In this document: one piece after another, positions 1 to 6,761 of the stretch
How positions within the stretch are numbered: position 1 is the first letter of the stretch
How the letters are laid out: each line of letters starts with the position of its first letter
Assembly: GCA_964556755.1 (NCBI GenBank)
Contig: CAZKXI010000013.1
Span: 2,009 to 66,008 of the forward strand
DNA length: 64,000 nucleotides
Direction of reading: 5' to 3'
Source: an uncultured Eubacteriales bacterium
Lineage (GTDB): Bacteria > Acidobacteriota > Aminicenantia > Aminicenantales > UBA4085
Notes under the pieces: generated by a model
The model's input: only the letters and a program-made list of their open reading frames with translations
Database searches by the model: none
Told to the model about the DNA's origin: nothing
Position numbers and translations under genes: made by a program

Positions 1-983
1 AGATTGTGCAGGATGCCCTCGCGGCGGGCGAAGGCCACGATGTCGTGGACGATCAGGAAATAGGGGGCAAACCCCGACCGCTCGACGGCCCGCAGCTCCC
101 TCAGGGCCCGCTCGCGCCCGCCGCGGCCGAGGCCGGGCCGGGCCCGGAGCCGGGCCACCACCTCCCGGCGCAAGCCCGTCGGGAAGAGGTCGGGCGGCAG
201 CGGGGGCACGACGCGCGAGAAGTCGAAGGCGCAGCGGCCGGCCGCCTCCCGGGCGCCGGCGAAGGCTTCGGCCGCTTCGGGTCCGAGGCGGCGCAGGGCC
301 AGGGCTTCCTGGTCCGGCCCGAAGCGGCGCACGGCCCGGGCCAGGCGGGCCCACTCGGGCGGGTAGGGCCTCTTGCGCTCCATGGCCCGCAGCAGGACCA
401 GCCGCTCGGGCGAGCGGACGTATTTGAGCGGCTGGGCCCAGACGAGCGGCAGGCCGTGGGCCCGGGCCAGCTCCCGGGCCCGGCCGAAGCGCCCCCAGTC
501 GGCCCCCTGGCAGAGGCCGCCCTCCCCCGCCCCGGCCCGCAGGCTTTCGATCAGGGCGGCGAAGGCCGGGCCGCCGTCGGGCCGGCCGTTGGTCCATTCG
601 CTCTCCCCCGCCGCGCCCGCCTGAGCGGCCGGCAGGTCCTGGACCGGCCCCGGGGGGAGGAGGACCGTGACCAGGTCCTTCAGCCGGCCGGGATCGGCGA
701 TCCGGCGGCGGTTGAGAATCTCCATCAGATCGGCGTAGCCGCCGGGGCCGCGGACCAGGAAGAGGAGCGGCCGGCCCCCGACCGCGACCTCGCAGCCGAA
801 GATCGGGGAGAAGCCGGCCGCGGCCGCGGCCCGCTTCCACTTGGCCCAGCCGTAGAGGACGCCGATGTCGGACAAGGCCATGGCCTCCAGGCCGCGGCCC
901 GCCGCCCAGGCGGCCAGCTCTTCGAGGGTCGCCCCGCCCTGGCCGCGGCTGAAGGTCGAATGGACGCGCAGGGGGACGAACAT
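1..983 (-). CDS. dnaE2: DNA polymerase III alpha-family, error-prone DnaE2-like; 5' part only, runs off the window start
   Basis: Not listed in the ORF track because it is open-ended. Manual translation from ATG at 983 gives MFVPLRVHSTFSRGQGGATLEELAAW...MALSDIGVLYG (degenerate PHP domain) and ...GFAPYFLIVHDIVAFARREGILHN (DnaE palm lead-in). Starts a few bp after the dinB stop. Confidence 0.85.
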   Translation of the reverse strand, partial: MFVPLRVHSTFSRGQGGATLEELAAWAAGRGLEAMALSDIGVLYGWAKWKRAAAAAGFSPIFGCEVAVGGRPLLFLVRGPGGYADLMEILNRRRIADPGRLKDLVTVLLPPGPVQDLPAAQAGAAGESEWTNGRPDGGPAFAALIESLRAGAGEGGLCQGADWGRFGRARELARAHGLPLVWAQPLKYVRSPERLVLLRAMERKRPYPPEWARLARAVRRFGPDQEALALRRLGPEAAEAFAGAREAAGRCAFDFSRVVPPLPPDLFPTGLRREVVARLRARPGLGRGGRERALRELRAVERSGFAPYFLIVHDIVAFARREGILHN

Positions 984-987
984 GGCC

Positions 988-2271
988 TCACCGGGTCAGG
1001 GAGGCCGTCTTGAGGACGTAGCCCCGGCCGGGGTCGGCGGGATAGACGCCGTCGAGCATCTTCTCGCGGGCGGTCAGGACGGAGCCGAAGCCGTAGCGGT
1101 CCCGGACCTCGTCCAGAGCCGCCCCCAGACGCTCGCCCCTGTCCGAGGCCGTCTCGAAGAGGGGCAGGGGCCGGCCGCGGACCAGGTCCGAAGCCTTGAC
1201 GCCGACCAGGCGCAGAGCCAGCCGCGTCCCCCGAAGGAGCGGGAGGAAGAGCTCCTCGGCGATGCGGAAGACGTCCCCCATGTCCTGGCACGGCGTCAGC
1301 AGCAAGCGACGGCGGACCTCGGTCCGGAAGTCGGACGTGCGGGCCTTGACCTCGATGACGTGGGCGTAGCAGCACGCCCGCCGCAGGGCCAGGGTCAGGC
1401 GGTCGCAGAGGTAGGCCAGGTGGGCCAGCAGGAGCCGCTCGTCCCAGAGGTCCTCCAGGAAGGTCGTCTCGCGGGAGACGGACTTGGGCGCGGAGGAGGT
1501 CGTGATCGGCCGCGGGTCGAGGCCGCGCGAGTGGAGGTAGATGTCGTCGCCGCCCAGGCCGAAGATCGAGCGCAGGGAGCCGTGCGGCAGGCCCCACAGG
1601 TCGCCGATCGTCTGCACGGCCAGCATCCGCAGCAGGACCTGGGTCTTGGGGCCGATGCCGGGCAGGCTGTCGATGGGCAGGCCGCGCAGGAAGTCCTCCT
1701 CGCCGCCCGGCGGGATCTCGAAGTAGCCGGCCGGCTTGGCCCGACGGGTGGCCAGCTTGGCCAGGATCTTGTTGGATCCCACCCCGACCGAGACCGTCAG
1801 GCCCGTCTCGCGACCGATGCGGGCCTGTAGGGCCCGGGCGGCGCCGCTGAAGGAGGGATAGAGGTGGCGGCAGCGGGTCAGGTCGAGGTAGGCCTCGTCG
1901 ATGGAGGTCTCCTCGACGTCGGGAGTGGCCTGGCGGAGGATGGCGAAGAAGCGCTCGGAGAAAGACTGGTAGATCTGGTAGTTGCCGCGGACGAAGACGC
2001 CCTGGGGGCAGAGCTTGGCCGCGGTCCGCAGGGCCATGCCCGAATGGACGCCGTAGCGGCGGGCCTCGTAGGAACAGGTCGAGGCGACGCCCCGCTCGTG
2101 GGGCAGGCCGCCGACGATGACGGGCCGGCCCCGCAGGGCGGGGTTGAGCAGGACCTCGACGGAGGCGAAGAAGGCGTCGATGTCGACGTGGACGATGAAG
2201 CGGTTCCGGCTGAAGGAGGGCGCCGCGGACCGGGAAGAACGGGAGCCCGTGGCCGCCAAGGTCGCGCTCAT
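988..2271 (-). CDS. dinB: Y-family DNA polymerase IV (DinB-like), catalytic residues intact
   Basis: Motifs HVDIDAFFASVE, SYEARRYGVHSGM, SIDEAYLD, SNKILAKLA, LPGIGPKT; little-finger domain KSVSRETTF. Confidence 0.92.
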   Translation of the reverse strand: MSATLAATGSRSSRSAAPSFSRNRFIVHVDIDAFFASVEVLLNPALRGRPVIVGGLPHERGVASTCSYEARRYGVHSGMALRTAAKLCPQGVFVRGNYQIYQSFSERFFAILRQATPDVEETSIDEAYLDLTRCRHLYPSFSGAARALQARIGRETGLTVSVGVGSNKILAKLATRRAKPAGYFEIPPGGEEDFLRGLPIDSLPGIGPKTQVLLRMLAVQTIGDLWGLPHGSLRSIFGLGGDDIYLHSRGLDPRPITTSSAPKSVSRETTFLEDLWDERLLLAHLAYLCDRLTLALRRACCYAHVIEVKARTSDFRTEVRRRLLLTPCQDMGDVFRIAEELFLPLLRGTRLALRLVGVKASDLVRGRPLPLFETASDRGERLGAALDEVRDRYGFGSVLTAREKMLDGVYPADPGRGYVLKTASLTR

Positions 2272-2357
2272 CCGGCGCCCCTAGGAAAGACGGCGGCCGC
2301 GGGTCCGATGGGAACGGAGCGCCGCGGCCGCCCGGTTGGGAAGGAAATGGGGCATGG

Positions 2358-2966
2358 CTAGTATTTCCGCAGGACGCCGACCACACGGCCCACGACCTGC
2401 AGCTCGTCGACCTCGAAGGGCGCGAAGGAGGGGTTCTCGGGGACGAGAAGGGTCCGGCCGCCCTCGCGTCGAAGCCGCTTGAGGGTCACCGAGCCGTCCG
2501 CCAGCCGGGCCACGATCATCTCCCCCGGGCTGGCTGTGTCGGTCCGCTCCAGGAGGACGTGGTCGCCGTCGTCGATGTAGGCGTCGATCATGCTCTTGCC
2601 CTGGACCCGGATGCAGAACACGTTGCCCCGCCGGCGACCGATCATCCAGTCGGGAATGTCCATGGACTCGCCCGGAACGTCGAAGGCCTCCTGGGGCGAT
2701 CCGGCCGGGACCAAGCCGAGGAGCGGCACCCTCATCCGCCCGTCCGGACCGCCGGAGGGACGCCCGGCCAGCCGCAGCTCGCCTCGCTCGCGCCGCAGGC
2801 AGCCCTTGCGCTCCAGGCTGGCCAGATGCTTGAAGACGGCCGACGGGCTGGCGATGCGGAGGCCGGCCCCGATCTGGCGGATGGTCGGCCCGCTGCCGTG
2901 CTCAAGGACGAAGGACTCGACGAAGGCCAGGATGTCCCGCTGACGGCGGGTCAGCTCGCGGCGCAT
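2358..2966 (-). CDS. lexA: LexA repressor
   Basis: N-terminal LTRRQRDILAFV...GPTIRQIG...SPSAVFKHLASLERKG winged HTH; Ala-Gly cleavage site (LVPAG), Ser (GKSMID) and Lys (TLKR). Start placed at ATG 2966 because upstream ATGs fall within the promoter/TSS region. Confidence 0.93.
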   Translation of the reverse strand: MRRELTRRQRDILAFVESFVLEHGSGPTIRQIGAGLRIASPSAVFKHLASLERKGCLRRERGELRLAGRPSGGPDGRMRVPLLGLVPAGSPQEAFDVPGESMDIPDWMIGRRRGNVFCIRVQGKSMIDAYIDDGDHVLLERTDTASPGEMIVARLADGSVTLKRLRREGGRTLLVPENPSFAPFEVDELQVVGRVVGVLRKY

Positions 2967-2967
2967 G

Positions 2968-2990
2968 TTGTTCACCATTTTGTTCACCAT
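2968..2990. repeat. 11-bp perfect direct repeat TTGTTCACCAT x2 (period 12) just upstream of lexA; candidate operator
   Basis: Copies at 2968-2978 and 2980-2990, between the -10 box and the lexA ATG. Confidence 0.6.
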
Positions 2991-2994
2991 GTCC

Positions 2995-3023
2995 ATGATA
3001 GGCGCCGCCGGGCCTTTTGTCAA
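2995..3023 (-). promoter_or_regulatory. sigma70-type promoter of lexA-dinB-dnaE2
   Basis: TTGACA (3023-3018), 17 bp spacer, TATCAT (3000-2995) on the minus strand. Confidence 0.8.
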
Positions 3024-3073
3024 GAAGGTCAAGGGCTTGGAGATGAAAATTGATCTTCACCCCAAGTATCGAC

Positions 3074-3103
3074 TTGACAGATCCGCCCCCCACCATATAT
3101 AGT
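3074..3103 (+). promoter_or_regulatory. sigma70-type promoter of the PilZ/LuxD-like/MTase operon
   Basis: TTGACA (3074-3079), 18 bp spacer, TATAGT (3098-3103). The -10 lies within the inverted repeat CCCCAC-CATATATA-GTGGGG. Confidence 0.7.
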
Positions 3104-3221
3104 GGGGCAGGACCGTGTCTCGGATTTTTACATTTTCGAGGCCGCCGGACGACTAAACCTATCCAAGGGGGGCGTGGGAGGCGGAAAGGCGGAGATCATC
3201 GCCGAAAGACGAGGCCTGAGC

Positions 3222-6200
3222 ATGACGATGAAAGCGGCTGAAGCGGCCTCCGCCGACAAGCCGGTCTTGGTCATCGTCCACGGCGAGACCGTCAAGATCC
3301 GGGCTTTGAAGGCGGCCTTTGAGGCCGACTTCTCCGTCCAGGTCGCTTCCGGCGTCCGTGAAGCCATCGGCCTCCTCGGCCGTCTGCCGCGTCTCGACGC
3401 CCTGATCATCGATCGCCCCCTCTCGACCCTCGAGTCCGGGGCCGTTCTCCGCTATATCCAGGAGATGGTCGCCCAGCCCGAAGCCGTGGCCAAGCTGCTC
3501 CTCTGCGAGCGGCGGCCCGGCGGCGAGTCTTCGGCCCTGCCGGTGAACGGCTGGGTCGACGAGGTCCTCGAGGAGGATTTCGATCCCCAGCGCGTCCGCC
3601 GCCGCCTCCGCTCGCTGCTCATCCGCAAGACCCGCGAGAAGCGGGCCATCATGCGGACCCGCCTTGGCGGCGCTTCCGTCGAAGCCGACATCGGCCTGGT
3701 CGGCCGGGTGGCCGTCGACAACATCAGCGAGAACGGCATGTACGTCCGGGCCGTGCTGCCGCGCGACTACATCCACCCGATCACGATCCGGGCCGGCGCC
3801 TCGGCCCCCCTTCTGGCCACCGGGCGGGTCGTCCGCGTCGACGAACAGGCCGGCGGCACGGCCATCCAGTTCCTGCTCATGGAAGAGGACAGCCGGCGGT
3901 CCCTGCAGAAGCTCGTCTCCGAGGCCCGCATGGAGAAGGACCTGGCCGACCTGCGGGCCAAGTACCCCTTCCTCCGGCGCGACGGCATCGTCGCCTTCGA
4001 CGATCCGGACGGGATCGACCGCCTGCTGGCCGAGGCCTTCGCCGGCCCCGACACGGAGCTGACCGTCATCGGCGTCGGCCAGCGGTCGCCGATCGCCATG
4101 CGTCCGGCCGGCCTCGAGCCGCGGCGCCTGGTCCGCCTGGCCAGCGACGGCCTCGACGGCCGCTTCAAGACGGCCGACGCGGCCTTCGTCTCTTTCCAGT
4201 CCGGCTACGCCACCTACTCCTTCGAGACGGCGGTCTACCGCATCCCCGAAGGCGGACGGGCCCTGGAATGCCTCTATCCCCGCATCCTCTTCTATTCGGA
4301 GAAGCGGTCCTCCCGGCGGGCCGCCTCGGAGGAGGCCTTGGAGCTGGAGATCCTCCTGCCGCCGCCCTTCCAAAGGATCCTGCGCGGCCCGATCGCCGAC
4401 ATCAGCGCCGGCGGAGCCAGCTTCCTGACCGCCGACCGCGAGGTGGCTCTCCTGATCGGGACGCCGCTGCTGGCCGTCCGTATCCTGCAGGGCGGCCGGG
4501 TCCTGCGCGAGGTCCGGGGCGAGATCCGCAACGTCCTCAAGGTCGAGGACGGAAACGGCGGCCTGCTCCGCTACGGCGTCCAATTCGGCATCGGGCGGAT
4601 GGCCGTCCAGACCAGCGAGATGGCCGCCTTCGAATCCCTTCGCGAGAAGACCCGGACGCATGACACCGAGAAGCTGCGGACGGGCCCCCGCCGGCTCTCC
4701 GACTTGGCCGAGCTGGCCAAGCGCCCGCCCCAGGTGATCCGCTTGGAGAACGCGGCCGGCGAGGAGATCGTCGGCCTGCTCAACACCTCCTTCGAGCTGG
4801 GCGCCGATCCGGTCCCGGTCGTCCTCATCCCGCCGGCCTTCGGCAAGACCAAGGAGACCCTCTTCGCCCTGGCCGAGACGATCGTCGAGAACTTCTACCT
4901 GAAGGGCAAGCCCGTGGCCGTCCTGCGCTACGACGGCGTCCGCCGCAAGGGCGAGAGCTTCAAGGACCCGGACGCGCTGGAGCCCCCCTTCGAGATGATC
5001 CACGCCAGCGTCAGCCAGGGCGCCGACGACATCCGGGCCATCCTCGACTGGCTGGAGCTCAACCCGACCCTCAAGGCCAGCGCGGTGGTCCTGGTGACGT
5101 TCTCGCTCTCGGCCCTGGAGGCCCGGGTCGTCCTCCGCCAGGCCTCCTATCGCTCCAAGGTCGGGGGCTGGATCGCCTGCATGGGGACCATGGAGTTCCG
5201 CGAGCTGATGAGCCGGGTCAACTGCGGGCTGGACCTTCTGGAGCAGTATCAGCTGGGCATCGACCTGGGGGTGATCCCCATCCTGGGCAATCTGATCAGC
5301 ATGGTCCCCTATGCCTCGGACGTCGTCGCCAACCGGGTCGCCACCCTGGACCAGGCCCGGGAGGACATGGCCGCGATCGATCGGCCCGTGACCTGGATCT
5401 ACGGCGAGCACGACCATTGGGTCAAGGCGGAGTTCGTCCGCGACATCATGAGCGTCCAGGTCGACGCGCCGCGCGAGGTCATCTCGGCCCCCCTGGGCCA
5501 CAACGCCCGCACGTCGGAAGAGGCCCTGCAGCTGTTCGGCACCATCACCGACCAGGTCCACCGCATCCTGCACCGCGACTCCCTGCGGCCGGTCCCGCCC
5601 GACAAGGCCAACATGGAGATCATCCGCCGGGCCGAGAAGGACCGGCTGCCGGCCCGCCGGATCAAGGACCGCAAGGCCTACTGGCAGCGCTACCTGGTCG
5701 GCGAGGACCGGCTGCTGGGCTTCGACTGCATGGCCCTCTCGGACGACTACAAGCAGCTGATGGAGGACGAGCGCCTGGCCCTGGAGATCTCTCCCGGCGA
5801 CCGCTTCCTCGACCTGGGCGGCGGAACCGGCAACTTCGTCGAGCATTTGGCCGCCTCCGGCCAGCCGCTGCCCGCCGTGGTGACGATCGCCGACCTCATC
5901 CCCCAAGCCATGGCCCGGGCCTCGCGCAAGCTGCTGTCGCGCTTCCCCGGCCTGGCCCGCGACGGCCGCTTCGGGCTGCTGGCCCTGGACGCCGAATTGA
6001 ACCGCTTCCTGCCGGTGCGCCGCTTCCTGGCCGGCGAGATCGGGCGCTTCCGGACGCTGGCCGAGGAGCGCATCGAGAACCTGCCCCTGGCCTCGGCCGA
6101 GCGCATCGACGAAGCCTACTCCTCGCGCCTGCAGGCCATCCTGAGGGGCGAGGCGGTGACCCCCGCCGCCGACCGCTGGCTGAGGAGCCGCTTCGACGTG

Positions 6201-6761
6201 CCCGAGTACCGGGTCATCCTCGACTTCAACCGGGCCGTCCGCCTCCTGCTGGGCCGGGAGAAGGGCGACGGCGGATTCCGCCGGCTGGCCTTCCCCGGCG
6301 GTCTTCAGGCGGCGACCCACCTGCCGCTGCGGGCCGGCGTCTACAACAAGATCCTGATGAGCCTGGTCCTCTCCTATATCTTTGATCCGCTCGAGACCCT
6401 GGCCGAGGTCCGCCGCCTGATCGCCCCGGACGGGCGCCTGGTCCTCTCGACGATGCGCCCGGACGCCGACGCCTCGGGCCTCTACACCCGGCTGACGGCC
6501 AAGATCGAGGCCATGGCCGAGGAGGACTTCCCGGCCGACCGGCCCAAGGGCTTGCTGCTGGAATCCCTGCGGTCCTTCCTCAACGACGCCCAGGCCCTCG
6601 TGGAGCTCGAGGAAGCCGGGACCTTCGACTTCTTCGATCCCGAGAGACTGGCGGCTCTGCTTGAGGAAGCCGGCTGGGAGGCCGAGCCGCCCCGGCCCTC
6701 CTTCGGCCATCCCTCCCAGGGCTACCTCGTGGTGGCCCGCCCGAGGCCGGCCCATGGATAA
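3222..6761 (+). CDS. Multidomain protein: degenerate receiver + PilZ + PilZN + PilZ + LuxD-like alpha/beta-hydrolase (acyl-thioesterase/transferase) + class I SAM methyltransferase
   Basis: PilZ motifs RAIMR..NISENG and RSSRR..DISAGG; hydrolase motifs RYDGVRRKGES, TFSLSA (Ser), HDHWVK (Asp), LGHN (His); MTase motifs FLDLGGGTGNF and LVLSYIFDP..DGRLVLS. Start chosen after GAGG at 3211-3214. Confidence 0.8.
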   Translation: MTMKAAEAASADKPVLVIVHGETVKIRALKAAFEADFSVQVASGVREAIGLLGRLPRLDALIIDRPLSTLESGAVLRYIQEMVAQPEAVAKLLLCERRPGGESSALPVNGWVDEVLEEDFDPQRVRRRLRSLLIRKTREKRAIMRTRLGGASVEADIGLVGRVAVDNISENGMYVRAVLPRDYIHPITIRAGASAPLLATGRVVRVDEQAGGTAIQFLLMEEDSRRSLQKLVSEARMEKDLADLRAKYPFLRRDGIVAFDDPDGIDRLLAEAFAGPDTELTVIGVGQRSPIAMRPAGLEPRRLVRLASDGLDGRFKTADAAFVSFQSGYATYSFETAVYRIPEGGRALECLYPRILFYSEKRSSRRAASEEALELEILLPPPFQRILRGPIADISAGGASFLTADREVALLIGTPLLAVRILQGGRVLREVRGEIRNVLKVEDGNGGLLRYGVQFGIGRMAVQTSEMAAFESLREKTRTHDTEKLRTGPRRLSDLAELAKRPPQVIRLENAAGEEIVGLLNTSFELGADPVPVVLIPPAFGKTKETLFALAETIVENFYLKGKPVAVLRYDGVRRKGESFKDPDALEPPFEMIHASVSQGADDIRAILDWLELNPTLKASAVVLVTFSLSALEARVVLRQASYRSKVGGWIACMGTMEFRELMSRVNCGLDLLEQYQLGIDLGVIPILGNLISMVPYASDVVANRVATLDQAREDMAAIDRPVTWIYGEHDHWVKAEFVRDIMSVQVDAPREVISAPLGHNARTSEEALQLFGTITDQVHRILHRDSLRPVPPDKANMEIIRRAEKDRLPARRIKDRKAYWQRYLVGEDRLLGFDCMALSDDYKQLMEDERLALEISPGDRFLDLGGGTGNFVEHLAASGQPLPAVVTIADLIPQAMARASRKLLSRFPGLARDGRFGLLALDAELNRFLPVRRFLAGEIGRFRTLAEERIENLPLASAERIDEAYSSRLQAILRGEAVTPAADRWLRSRFDVPEYRVILDFNRAVRLLLGREKGDGGFRRLAFPGGLQAATHLPLRAGVYNKILMSLVLSYIFDPLETLAEVRRLIAPDGRLVLSTMRPDADASGLYTRLTAKIEAMAEEDFPADRPKGLLLESLRSFLNDAQALVELEEAGTFDFFDPERLAALLEEAGWEAEPPRPSFGHPSQGYLVVARPRPAHG

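Noticed and set aside
2281-2355. 24-codon ORF (MPHFLPNR...) between lexA and dinB
   Set aside because: Too short and without recognisable features; cannot be supported as a gene, although it would bridge the operon gap
3102-3221. N-terminal extension of the fusion protein from GTG 3102
   Set aside because: That GTG lies inside the -10 box, and an RBS-preceded ATG exists at 3222
4735-5570. Bioluminescence (lux) locus
   Set aside because: No luxA/B/C/E-like genes in the window; the domain is embedded in a larger fusion
3159-6755. 1198-aa antisense ORF, and other long opposite-strand ORFs (e.g. 6580-9225, 29690-32962, 43394-45028, 49588-51219)
   Set aside because: Shadow ORFs of high-GC genes: no recognisable motifs, and fully antisense to well-supported CDSs
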